From Octopus vulgaris (Eukaryota): DNA of 64,000 nt. The notes under the pieces are model-generated. The model searched no databases and had not been told where the DNA came from. It saw only the letters and a list, made by a program, of their open reading frames with translations. This document shows positions 26,048-39,115 of this stretch, piece after piece. Location: assembly GCA_951406725.2 (NCBI GenBank), contig OX597819.1:65286001-65350000 (forward strand), read 5' to 3'. The translations under genes and the position numbers were made by a program. Numbering within the stretch: position 1 is the stretch's first letter; each line of letters opens with the position of its first letter.

Positions 26048-26724
26048 AAAGGACTGACCACTAAAAGTGGGCGGTCAACATGCTAGATATAGACGTCAAA
26101 TCGCTATTTTCCACAAAAAATATGTTCTCAAATAAAAAAACCAGCACGAACCAAAGTCTTAAAAATAAGCAAGACAAATGAAAATATACGAAATAAAAAT
26201 GGTTACCTATGTACTGATCAGTTTCGATTGTTATTATCCACGCATGTAAATACCCGCAATCTCTTCAGCATAGTCGTCATATAGAAATACAATTTGCTGG
26301 ACTAGATACAAAAACGTTTGACCGAAGTCTCGCATGCATAGAGTCCAACCAATTATATTTATGTGTATCTTTCAAATGCCTTCACTTTGGCGCGCTGAGA
26401 TTGGAAATCTACCCTGCAGCTAATAAGCAGGAGCAGTCAATTTACCGGTTAGAGAACATTTATTATTATTTAAAATTTAATTAGGGTAGAAATTGATATT
26501 AATCAATTAAAACAAGTGGCCTAGCATATTAAAAAAATCCGAAGATTAAAATATTTTTACATACAAAATTTAAAGGACTGACCACTAAAAGTGGACGGTC
26601 AACATGCTAGATATAGACGTCAGATCGCTATTTTCCACAAAAAATATGTTCTCAAATAAAAACCAGCACGAACCAAAGTCTTAAAAATAAGCAAGACAAA
26701 TGAAAATATACGAAATAAAAATGG
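26048..26724 (-). mobile_element. Partial-tandem (1.3-mer) hammerhead element, retrozyme/Penelope pLTR-like; 524-bp period
   Basis: Near-identical direct repeats 26048-26202 and 26572-26724 flank a unique segment containing an HHR. TA tracts lie on both sides. Confidence 0.85.
26207..26273 (-). ncRNA. Type I hammerhead ribozyme
   Basis: CTATG-CTGAAGA-GATTG...CAATC-GAAACTGATCAGTA^-CATAG. All three helices pair, helix III is palindromic (ACTGATCAGT), GUA triplet. Confidence 0.9.
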
Positions 26725-26739
26725 GTATATATATATATA

Positions 26740-26741
<2 letters not shown>

Positions 26742-26801
<60 letters not shown>

Positions 26802-26819
26802 TATTATTATTACTATTAA

Positions 26820-26853
<34 letters not shown>

Positions 26854-26971
26854 ATTATTATTATTATTATCATTATTATTATCATTATTATTATCATTAT
26901 TATTATTATTATCATCATTATTATTATCATCATTATCATTATTATTATCATTATTATTATATATTATTATT
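26742..26971. repeat. (ATT)n/(ATC)n microsatellite; second tract 28105-28362
   Basis: Direct reading. The two tracts flank the RLE LINE. Confidence 0.95.
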
Positions 26972-28104
26972 CAGTAGTATATTTTTATAGCGTGCTTTCA
27001 CTTCACTACCGAGCACAGCTCTGTGTGCCCTGGGTATGTACTGTGGTTTATTGGGATGCTGTTATGGTTACTGTATCGAAAGTGTTTTGCATAGGATGTG
27101 TGCAGTGCCCAGTAGTGCAATTTTCTGTATGTTATATGTGTATGTAAGTCCTGGTGTTTTTGTTATGTATTTGTCTGAATATTTTTTTATCATACCTAAT
27201 GCGCCTACTATGATAGGAATTGTTTCTGTTTTTAGATTCCACATACGAGGTACCTCTATTTCCAGGTCTTTGTATTTTGATAGTTTCTCCATTTCTTTTA
27301 GAGCCACGTTGTCATCTGCTGCTATTGATACATCAATTAGAATGTTTTTTTTTCTTCATGATCTCTGACAACTATATCTGGCTTATTGGCCTTAATTTTT
27401 CTATGTGTGTTAATTGGCATATCCGAAAGAATGGTTGCTTTCTCGTTTTCCTTTACCTTTTCTGGCGTGTGCCAATACCATCTTTTTTCTGTTGTTATTC
27501 CATAGTGTTGGCATAGCTTCCACTGTATGAAGGTTTCAACTCTGTCGTGTCTGTGAGTGTATTCCTTCTTAGCCAGGACTGGAGAGCCAGAGATAAATGA
27601 TTTATTGTTTCTTGTCCATCTCCACATATTCTGCAGTTACTTCTTATGTTTCTTTTCATTACATGTTTTTGGTAATTTCTGGTGGGGAGGCTTTGGTTTT
27701 GTGCTTCATTTAAAAAAACCCTCTGTCTCTGTTTTGAGTCCTACGCTTCTCAACCATTGCTGGGATTTTTCTTTGTCTATTTTTTTTGCATTTAGTTTTG
27801 TCCAGTATTTGCTATGAAGGGGCTTTCTTGCCATCGTTTTATCATGGTCCCTTGCTGTTCTAGTTTTAGTTTGGATTTCATTTGTTTTATACCTTTTGCT
27901 GTTTCTTCTTCTTCTTCTTCTTCTTCTTCTTCTTCTTCTTCTTCTTCTTCTTCTTCTTCTTCTTCTTCTTCTTCTTCTTCTTCTTCTTCTTCATATTTGT
28001 TAGGTTGTATGATTTCTTGTTTGTATTTGTCAACTTCCTTAAATACTGAGAACATTCTTTTTATGTGGCTCGTGCTTTGCGGCTATTTGTATAAGTTTTC
28101 CTTG
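26972..28104 (-). mobile_element. 5'-truncated, frameshifted R4/Dong-type non-LTR retrotransposon (RLE endonuclease region plus 3'UTR)
   Basis: Translations ISGSPVLAKKEYTHRHDRV, KANKPDIVVRD, EKLSKYKDLEIE..RMW, IPIIVGALG and IQKIALLGTAHIL: the RHD and PD..D motifs of RLE LINEs. Confidence 0.9.
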
Positions 28105-28177
28105 CTTCTTCTTCTTCTTCTTATTCTTCTTCTTCTTATTATTATTATTATTATTATAAATATTATTATTATTATTA

Positions 28178-28303
<126 letters not shown>

Positions 28304-28317
28304 ATTATTATTATTAA

Positions 28318-28363
<46 letters not shown>

Positions 28364-28649
28364 TCTAAATCTCTCAAACAGAGACATTCAGTAACTGTTC
28401 TTTGAAGTAAATGCTAATTGTGTCCCTATATTTTCGGTCAGGGAGTTCAGCACTCCTATCCTGCGCTGCATGTGAATGTTGATGTCCCATGTTCGAATAT
28501 ACAAGACACCGATATTGTGTCGTATAGCCAGCTAGAGACGATGCTTCCTGGGGATAAACAACAGGAACATCCTCACTTCCAGGCCAGCTACATTATGTAG
28601 GCAACTAGCTTTTACTTTACTCAGACAAACACACACGCACACACATACA

Positions 28650-28689
<40 letters not shown>

Positions 28690-28691
<2 letters not shown>

Positions 28692-29260
28692 TAAGCTATA
28701 TTAAATCTCTGAGCGAGAGTTACACAGTAAAAGTAAGGAATCGTATAGTATGCCGACTAAATGTGGCAGTCCCATAGAGGACGATGTTACTGTTAGTTTT
28801 AGCCCCAGGAAAACATCTTCTCATGCTGGCTAACGATACACTGTCGCTCCCAACTCTAGCCTCACGGGATACACACCGACCCGGTGTAGCTATCCCTCTT
28901 CAGTAAGTGATAATCACCAGCTAGTGACGATACTAATTCCACTCGCAAAATACTGTATGCTTTTCCCAACAACAAACTGTCGCTGCTCTCGAAAAGGAGA
29001 AATAAGCAATATTACATCTCTGAGCGAAAGGTAAATAGTAACAGAACGAATTCCTAAAGTATATTTCCCAAGTAAATGTAGCGATCTTTGTGTATCACAT
29101 AAGGCTAGAGATAGGAGCGATGACCCCACCTTGCAAATACTAATCAGACATTAAAAATATGTTGTTAGTCAGCTGGAGGAAATATCTTCCTAGGGCTAAA
29201 AACCAAAAGTCACACCATCCTCTATGGGACCATCACACATCGTTGGCAAATATAATTTAC
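28690..29260. mobile_element. Inverted-terminus family copy with degenerate minus-strand hammerhead (~28868-28908)
   Basis: Arms atgtggcagtcccatagaggacgatg... and ...catcctctatgggaccatcacacat. Internal tcttcag box. Confidence 0.75.
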
Positions 29261-29340
29261 GATATATATATATATATAGCATTATTATTATCATTTTTAT
29301 TATCATTATTATAATTCTTTTCTTGTCTATATATATATAC

Positions 29341-29414
<74 letters not shown>

Positions 29415-29514
29415 GAGTCAGTAGCTCCTTGCCATACACATACGCGCACACTCATACAAACAAACACTTATACATACACCTATGTATTCCCTTCTTGTTT
29501 TTATTGCTTTATTC

Positions 29515-29672
29515 TTTAGCTTGTTTCAATCATTAGATTTCGACCACACTGGGTTCCGCCTTGCCAAATTTTAGTCGGTCGAATCGACCCCAGTACTTTC
29601 ACCAAACCTGCTACTACTCCTATCGATCGTTTTTGCACGGCTGCAGTGAAATGACTGAAACAAGTAAAATAA
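29515..29672. mobile_element. SINE A 3' fragments in tail-out inverted arrangement
   Basis: cttgtttcaatcatt on the left, aatgactgaaacaagtaaaa on the right. Confidence 0.65.
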
Positions 29673-29754
29673 TAAAAGTATATAAACTTAGATAAACTTA
29701 GATATGTTTCGACCAAAGACTGGTCCAGGCCATGTCTAACTTAATAACACACAT

Positions 29755-29789
<35 letters not shown>

Positions 29790-29867
29790 CATATATAAAG
29801 ATCGCAGCTTCACGCTTTTAATCAGTATACATACATATATATGTACAAACATAAATATGTATGCATG

Positions 29868-29959
<92 letters not shown>

Positions 29960-31753
29960 CAATAATAACAAAGGATAAAATTAATTAATTAACTAGTAAT
30001 CAATAATTTCACCAAGTAGAATTCGGTATGAAAAAGGACAATTTCTCGGTAAACTTAAGTAATATTTTATAATTAGGGTTCAGCAAATATCTGCTTTACC
30101 ACACACCGAAGTTTAGAAATAGCAGCCAAAGAACCTTAGCTATTTCCTCTACTTTAAAAAGAGCCTCCCGGACAAAAACAAAGTACTGGAAAACAATCCA
30201 CGCAGGCAGAGAGGTAAAATAACGAAAATCAATCGATATCTGATTACCCATGACCAAATACACCACTTGTTTCTTGGCTGCATCAATTTGCCAAATGTTT
30301 GAGTCATTTTGGATAGATTCTGTTGTTAACGTCCAGAACGATGTTGGTAATTTTTTCTGTCCCATGAAGTACTGATTTAACTCTAAACGTTAAACCATTT
30401 GATAAATATGCTACCTCATGATCGAACTTATTCGCAAATATAATCTATAAATGAATGTCCAATTGTATTTTCAGTGTCATTGTTTTCTTAAAGGATAATT
30501 GTCGCATTTATATAAATATTTCTAATACATGTTTTGATGGAAGAACGATATTAATGATAATATTATTTGACGGGCATTTATTCTACTCAGTGTGAAAATA
30601 TTAAAAAGCAACGCCGATCTCGACCTGCTGAAATTCAGAAATTTGAGTAACTACTACATACCTCAAGCAATCTTCACCGACGCTCTAGCGATTCTGAGGA
30701 AGCGTTACACTTAAAACTTTGCAAATGTCTTCTTGAAAAATGATCTCGTAAATGTTATGCCTTTGAGTAATTTAAAACAAAAAATCTGATTCCACTTCCA
30801 TACGCTTGGAAACTTTATAAGTAAATTTGTTTCAGCTGCTAAAGAAAACCTTGCGGAAAATTGTGAAATACACAGCTTACAGCGAAGTAACTGATTCGAA
30901 TATGTAGTGAGTGTGTTCTACTTTAGAAATTATTTGGCTTAGTTCGTATGATTGTTTTAGTTCGTCTGACAGTACATCTGAACTTTTGACATTGTTTCAA
31001 GTCATAATTCAGTTTCGTGATATATATATATATATATATATATTCAGTTTCGTGATATACATTTATATATATACATATATATAATTCATAACGAAGAAGA
31101 GAATGGAGATTTATAGACATGGAAAACTTTTATATTAAAATGTTTTCTACTGCATATATAACACTGACCTTCATGTGTTTCGACCGCTACAATTAATTGA
31201 AATCCGAATATATATTTTAAAAGTACACTTCAAGTGCAATGCCAGTAGAGGTGATTATAAATCCAGAATTCTATTGGACTTAAGAAGTAACGCTATCACT
31301 ACGCAGGACATTTGTTTAAATGAGTTCACTTTGAAAACGTCATGAGTTATGGAGCATTGAAGGAACTGCAGCGACCAGGATGCATGATTGCATACAGTGC
31401 AATGTGCAGTTGCTGGATTCGGAACATGTAGGTCAGTGTTATGTATGTTGTGGAGAACATTTAGTTAAAATACTTCGTTATTAATTATATAGTCTACGAA
31501 TGATATGCAGTTCTGAATAGGATCATGGAACTATCCAACGAGTGAAGCTTAACAGTACCACATTTTGAGTTCTATGTAACTGCACCGTTGTCAACAGCCG
31601 GCATCTACACTAATATGTAAGATAATAGTGTCCGCCGAGATAATGTATCACTTTAATTTTCTCTCTCTCCCTCTCTCTTTCTTTTTCCCTCTCTTACCTC
31701 TGTCTATCAATCCTTCTCACTTTCTCTCTCTACATATGTATATTTATGTGTGT

Positions 31754-31817
<64 letters not shown>

Positions 31818-32004
31818 ATACGCACACACACATATAATTAAAATTTATATATAGAAACAAAAGACGAAGACAGGTGTATTAGTTTGCCGCTCGGGAGGGT
31901 GAGAAAGTCTTTTACGTTTTCTTCAACAAAAAGAAACACCACGAACTAAATAAAACGAAAATAAAAAGCTTGTGGATTGGTATATATATATATATATATA
32001 TATA

Positions 32005-32305
32005 CTTTTGCCAAACTGCTATGTTATAGGGGCATAAACGCACCAACACTAGTTGTCAAGCGATGGAGTGCGTCAAACACAGAGACACAATCACACACAG
32101 AGAAACATTCAGACACACACACATGACAGACTTCTTTCACTTTCTGTCTACGAAGTTCATTCACACGGCTTTGGTCGGCCTGAGACAATAGAAGAACATT
32201 TACGGTCAAGGTGCCACGCAGTGGGGCTGAACCAGGAACTATGTGGTTGGGAATTAAGCTTCTTGCCAAAACAGCCAACCTGCGCCTACATGGCCACACC
32301 TGCGC
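32005..32305 (-). mobile_element. SINE family A (3'-truncated)
   Basis: caaggtgccacgcagtggggctgaacc...ggccacacctgcgcc is the reverse complement of the head. Confidence 0.85.
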
Positions 32306-32343
32306 CTTTATAAACACTAATGGGCCTATAGACCCACACCTAC

Positions 32344-32389
<46 letters not shown>

Positions 32390-32390
<1 letters not shown>

Positions 32391-32700
32391 CTAAAAAGAT
32401 AAAAAAACAACAACGCGAGGACGTGGTACATGCAAAGTATTAATAAGACTCTCAGGGAAGGAAAGAAAGGGTGTTTTACGTTTCGAGAAAAGCTCTTCTT
32501 CTGTATCAAGAGACGTAAGATAGAAAATGGAGAAGGTGGAACAAAATCGTCAACAGTCCATGTGTATTTACGTTTCTGAATGACTGGAAGTAGGCGGACA
32601 AAGAGAAAATGTTTTCTATGACAGGAGAGTATAAAGAATGTTTGGTATCTGTGTGCATGTGTGGGTGTGCGCGCGTGTGTGCGTGGCAGTGACTGAGTGT
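32390..32700 (-). mobile_element. TA-adjacent repeat with degenerate minimal hammerhead (32473-32505)
   Basis: Minus strand cagaaga-a-GAGcttttCTC-GAAACGTA-aaac. Confidence 0.5.
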
Positions 32701-32747
32701 ATGTGTGTGTAGTGTGTGTGGTATTAACTGATTATATGGTTTTATAT

Positions 32748-32781
<34 letters not shown>

Positions 32782-32788
<7 letters not shown>

Positions 32789-33070
32789 ATCACGTGACCG
32801 ACCAGACCATCAGATGTTGTTACATATCGCTGGTCACAATGCGTTCGCATTGTTTTTCGATTCCCAGACCGGGCGTTGTGAGTGTTTATTGAACGAAAAC
32901 ACCAAAAAGCTCCACGAGGCTCCGGCAGGGGGTGATGATCCCTGCTGTACTCTCTCACCACTCTTTCTCCCACTCTTTCTTCCGTTGGCCTGCTCGAAGG
33001 CAAAAACAATGCGAACGCATTGTGACCAGCGATGTGTAACAACATCTGATGGTCTGGTCGGTCACGTGAT

Positions 33071-33077
<7 letters not shown>
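32782..33077. mobile_element. 296-bp element with 76-bp inverted termini enclosing SINE C body, in (TA)n
   Basis: Arms 32782-32857 and 33002-33077 differ at one position. The interior matches the reverse complement of 14870-14993. Confidence 0.9.
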
Positions 33078-33101
<24 letters not shown>

Positions 33102-33175
33102 AACATATATATATGTTTGTGTATGTGTATGTATATATATATATATATATATACATATATATATGTTTGTGTATG

Positions 33176-33206
<31 letters not shown>

Positions 33207-33329
33207 TTATATACATACGTATGTATGCATATATGTATACAGGTAGTATAACTGTGTGCATGTGTGTGTATGCACAAATAAATATCTGACTGTATCCGTG
33301 TAAGTGTTTTATGTATATACATACACACA

Positions 33330-33423
<94 letters not shown>

Positions 33424-33729
33424 CTGTTGTGTCTGGGGAGAATCATTCTCTTTTATTAGCTTCTAATTTAACGCACTCACCGGTAAGATTTCCATTTATT
33501 TCTTTTTTTTCATTTTTCTAAAATTTTCGTTGCGTCTTGCAACCTTTTCAATAATTCTTACTGTTTTCCTTGAAGATCCATAAAAAAACTGCAATTCTAG
33601 AACTAATAAGTTGCTCACAGGATGTATAAAATAAGTCGTAGAGTGGAATTTACGCATCTACATTCAATTCTTTAGTTATTCGTCACTACATAGAGTATAA
33701 GTGCACGAACATAAATATTTGGTGTCAAA

Positions 33730-34156
33730 AGTTGGCATAAGTCCAGCAATTTTGTGTGAGTGACCAGACGATTACATCGACCTCAGTGCTTAGTTGGTAA
33801 TTATTTGATCGACCCCGAAACGATGAAAGGGAAAGTGGAACTTGGCAACTTTTGAATTTAGAACGTAGTGTCGGAAGATATGCGGCTAAGGACATTTTTC
33901 CAGTGCGGTAATGATTCTGCTAGATCGTCGACTTCAAATACATTTGTAATATTAATTTCAAAGTATGGTTCAAGACCAGCAAATTTCAGGGTAGGGAGTA
34001 GGTCGATTACATCGACCCCAATACTCAATTGGTATTTAATTTATCGACACCGAAACGATGAAGAGCAAAGCAGTTGAGGCGGAATTTGAACTCAGAACGT
34101 TAAGGCGGACATGTCGCTATCATTTTTCTACGGTGCGGTAACAATTCTGCCAGCTC
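33730..34156 (-). mobile_element. Two tandem SINE family B copies
   Basis: gattacatcgacc...gaaacgatgaa...gaa(t/c)t(t/c)agaacgt occurs twice. Confidence 0.8.
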
Positions 34157-34584
34157 AACATAAATTTGTAATACTGCAACACATTCATGTAAACTTTGAC
34201 CACCTCCTCAGGAATTCTTCAAACTCTCCATCATACCACAATATCTTGCGCCTGGCGCTCGCCTACAAATATCCGTGAAACTGCTAAGTTGAGAATTTAA
34301 AATAATACATCGTCATTTTGTTCGTTTTATTGTTCACAACCACGTCAACTATTGTCATTTGCAAAGCGTTATGATAAAATTGCATGTGTAGGAACCGTTT
34401 GCATGATTTTCAGTTATACAATATCCTTGAATATATGAAATCTATTCGAAATTTATTCCTACAAGCAATGATCTGCGAACTGCTTAACTGGAATTTGGTG
34501 AAATATCCCGAGAAAGATTTCCACATTGCTGGTGTAAACAACCGGCCTTTACCTAGGCATTCGCTATTCTTTTTACAGACATAG

Positions 34585-34649
<65 letters not shown>

Positions 34650-34929
34650 GTATACATGTATATATATATATGTGTGTGTGTACACACACGCATATCATTT
34701 AATGAGCATTGCACATATAAAGCAACGCCAATAATAGACATTTTTTATGCAGGTTTCTATAATGTGCCTTGTGACTGCTGGCAATCTTCATGTATACGAT
34801 GTATATACGTGTGTTCTTACTCGCCTTTGCGTGTTGCTTGTATGCGCGCACATGTATATATACACACACACCTATACATATGTGTTTGTGTATGCATGTA
34901 TCGGGCCTTCAACTATATTTTCAAATAAA

Positions 34930-35512
34930 GTCGACAAGCTGCCAAAAATGTCAGCACGCTGGGCGAAATCCGTAATCGTATTTCGCCTGCCGTTACGTTC
35001 TGAGTTCAAATTCCGCCGAGGTCGACTTTGCATTTAATCCTTTCAGGGTCGATAAATTAATTACCAGTTACGCACTGCGGTAAGTCGATGTAATCGACTT
35101 AATACGTTTGTTAGACCTTGTTTGTCTTCTCTGCGTTTAGCCTCTTGTGGGCAGTAAAGAAATAGGCATTACCTCTGCCGCTACGTTCTGAGTTCAAATT
35201 CCGCCGAGATTGGCTTTGCTTTTCATCCTTCTGGGGTCGATTAAATAAGTACCAGTTACGCACTGGGGTCGATGTAATCGACTTATCCGTTTGTCTGTTC
35301 TTCTTTCTCCTCTGTGTTTAGCCCCTTGTGGGTAGTAAAGAAATAGGTATTTCGTCTGCCGCTACGTTCTGAGTTCAAATTCCGCCGAGGACGACTTTGC
35401 CTTTCGTCTTTTCGGGCTCGATAAATTAAGTACCAGACCCGTACTGGGTCAATCTAATCTACTGGTCCCCCCACCCAAATTTCGCGCCTTGTGCCTAGAG
35501 TAGAAAAGAATT
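34930..35512 (+). mobile_element. SINE family B internal tandem trimer (~180-188-bp units)
   Basis: acgttctgagttcaaattccgccgag at ~34995, ~35183 and ~35364. Confidence 0.9.
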
Positions 35513-35963
35513 ATATTTTCAAATCATATCCGTCCCTCAATGACGAAAAAGACAAACCCGAACAAAAGACTACAGGTTTGTAAAGAACAAAAAAACAAGC
35601 ATAAAGAAATTACCGTATGTGGATGGTCGTGGCAGGAGTGCCTTTGATCATAGTTCTCGTCGATCAGTACTAAGTGCAGTCGAAGTAACAACAGCAACAA
35701 AGAAGAGACCAACTGCAAATGACAATGTCATGTTCATTCTATCAGTCATCCTGGTTTTTACACTGCACAAGTTATCTCAGTAATCAAATCTGTCCAGCTA
35801 CGAAGACCATCTAAACTTACTTGTAAAGAATTCCTAACGATTTCACTAATGCATGTTCTTAACGATAGGTTGTCGATTTTACTGAAGATATGGACTACGT
35901 TCTAGGTCTATCAGTGTCTGTATATGCGAGTGTGTGTGTATGTATGTATGTATATATATATAC

Positions 35964-36032
<69 letters not shown>

Positions 36033-36220
36033 CATATATACATGCATAGATATATATATATATATGTATGTGTCTGTGCATTTCTGGCTTTCCATGTATA
36101 CACATTTCTGGAAAGGTTTATATACGTGACCATGTGTGCGTGGATTTTTCTGCACACATACACTGATGGCAAACGATAACTATACAAAAACATAGTCACG
36201 AATGTCAAAGTGTGCATATT

Positions 36221-36275
<55 letters not shown>

Positions 36276-36591
36276 GTGTGTGTGTGTGTGCGTGTATATG
36301 TATGTATGTATATTTATATATGTATTCATAAATATATATACATATATGCATATATATATTCATATATATATATACACACATATATATGTATATATATATA
36401 TAAATATATATAAATATACATATATATATACATACATACACATACACACATATATATCTATTTGTGTGTGTGTATGTGTGCATGTATAGATATATACGCA
36501 TAATTGTGTTTTCGTATATATATATATATATACACACACAAATACTCATACACACACATATACATATACGCACACACACATACACACACGC

Positions 36592-36691
<100 letters not shown>

Positions 36692-37256
36692 GTATATGCA
36701 AACATCATGTGTACGTGTAATTACGCAGTGTATCATGGTACCCATTAGAAGAGAAAAGAATGCGTATCAACGAACGTATCAATCAATCTACAAACCGGAA
36801 TTTTTCTCTGTATTCTTTGTGTACGTATGCATGCAATACCTATGCATCGTATATACATATATCTGTGTATATATACATGTATATCTGTGTATATACGCGC
36901 ATACGTACATATCTCCAAACGCATATATATGAAAATACACATGTCTATGAAGATAGACAGATATGTAAAGGTGAATTGTCTACACTTGTATAAATGCATG
37001 TATATGCCAACATATTTTTGCATACACACAAATATATACATACAAATAAATATGCACATATGCATACATGTGTGTCTGTTTTATTTATATATATTTCTCT
37101 TGAAGTATACCTGTTCAATACTTGCATGGGTGTGTAAGTGTGTGTACAGAGCAATGATTATGCTTTTCTGTAAATGTGCGTGCCGTGTGTGCGTGTGTAT
37201 GCGTGTATCAGTGGATATATGTATGCGCCTGTATGTGTGCAAACACAAACTGTGTA

Positions 37257-37270
37257 ATTTCCATAGCAAC
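37257..37270. promoter_or_regulatory. Possible RFX X-box
   Basis: ATTTCCATAGCAAC versus consensus GTTNCCATRGNAAC, ~500 bp upstream of a candidate start exon. Confidence 0.3.
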
Positions 37271-37765
37271 GTCGTTTATCAAGCTCTGCATCTGTCATCG
37301 AATTAACCCGGCTGATTCTTTCTCATCTACTCATTTCATCTACCTTACTTTCTTTCTCTTCTCTTATCTTCTCAACCACTTGCCCTCTCATCCTCTCAGC
37401 TTCGAACAGCAACATCCATACCGCTAACCTTAACATCCTCATCTCCTCCCTCCACCACCGACGCCGACAACAAGATAAAAAGAAGAAGAGCATCAAAACA
37501 ACACGATTTGCACTACTGGCAGCATCACGATAAACTTGCACAACTTTTCCCCCCATCACATTCCACCACAACCACCAACCGCTGGCATGTGAAGAAACTT
37601 CATGAGAAGAATTTCATGCGGAGAATTTCAAGTTGGTCGAATTACAACCTTGCGCTTTCTGTCAGAGAAAATAACGTAAATAACAATAGCAGAGAAAAGA
37701 AAAAGAAAGTAGAGAGAGAGCGAGAGAGAGAGAGAGATAATCACCGTCCACTATTCAGTTTCAAA

Positions 37766-37795
37766 ATGGAGTACAATGAGAGCGAACTGTCGGGA
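37766..37795 (+). CDS. Candidate first coding exon (MEYNESELSG)
   Basis: caaaATGG context and phase-0 donor GGA|GTATGT, preceded by unique 5'UTR-like sequence. Confidence 0.35.
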
Positions 37796-38374
37796 GTATG
37801 TAATTAACGTTCGGTTGGTTAACTCTGTTGCCTCGTTTCTTCTCTTTGGTTCACTTTAGTGCGGTTCGATGATTCGTTATTCCGATGGGAAAATATATTA
37901 TTTTTTATTCATTTGCTTCTGCATGTATTTATGTATTTATTTATTAATTTGCATCATCTTCTTATCGCAGTTTTTTTTAGGTTTTCTTTATGGTATCTAA
38001 TTTTATTCTTGTATCTACACAGTTGTCTTTCCTTGTATTTTCGTTTTCCTTTGTTGTTGTTCTGGTTGTAAATGCAATAGCGGCTCACATTTTAGCCATG
38101 TCAGTGTTGGTCGAGCAAGAGGTACGGCCTATGATCGTAAGGAATCCGGCTATGACCAGTTTCTATTTTTGTACATCTACAACTAATGCACCCGTCTTCC
38201 TCTTAAAAGGCCACGGTAGAACTGAACTGAGATTTCATCCGTCACACATAACTTACTTAAACATTGACACTTTTGACTTAAAATATTTTCTTTCTTCTTT
38301 TACCTTACACGAAAACTCTTTCATTATACGCGCACACACACACAGAGGAGCATATATATATATATATATATATA

Positions 38375-38430
<56 letters not shown>

Positions 38431-38543
38431 AGCAATAATACATCTCTGAGAGAGGTATAAAGAGATCAATGACTTTTCATCACTGGAAATAGGATATATA
38501 TATTTGCATTCGGAATCACTTCACGTCGACAGCCGGTGATTGT

Positions 38544-38588
38544 CACACGCTGATGACGGGTCAATATCCAGAAACTCGGGTCCGTGTG
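38544..38588 (+). ncRNA. Type I minimal hammerhead ribozyme within inverted-terminus family copy 38460-38745
   Basis: CACACG-CTGATGA-cGGGTcaatATCCa-GAAACTCGGGTC^-CGTGTG. Confidence 0.8.
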
Positions 38589-38762
38589 TTTCATATCAGG
38601 TTGGAGATGAGAAGGATAGCTTCCCTTTGCAAATACTGATAGAGCACAGGAAGTGTGTCAATAACCAGCTGGATGAGGTGTCTTCCTGGGGCTACAAGCT
38701 ACAGTAGCATCCACCCTTAAGGGTTAGCCACATTTATGTGAAAATATACTATATATATGTGC

Positions 38763-38816
<54 letters not shown>

Positions 38817-39056
38817 TGATGATGAGTAAAATCATAAAGGAGTTTTACCAAGTGGTCAACGCGAAAATTAAACTTCGTAGGTAAATTAATATAAATATTT
38901 TATAAATCAATATTCATATTTTATAATTATATACATAATGCTAACAAGTGTTTGGCTATGTGTAGAGAATTTATAGTCGTAATAGTGTCTTTTGACGTCT
39001 ATTTTTCAGTGCGTGGTGAGGCGAAAACCATGCCCTTGTTATAATTACGTACATAA

Positions 39057-39115
<59 letters not shown>

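Noticed and set aside
30096-30420. 89-aa minus-strand ORF next to a repeat
   Set aside because: Runs into the interspersed repeat and has no recognisable motif.
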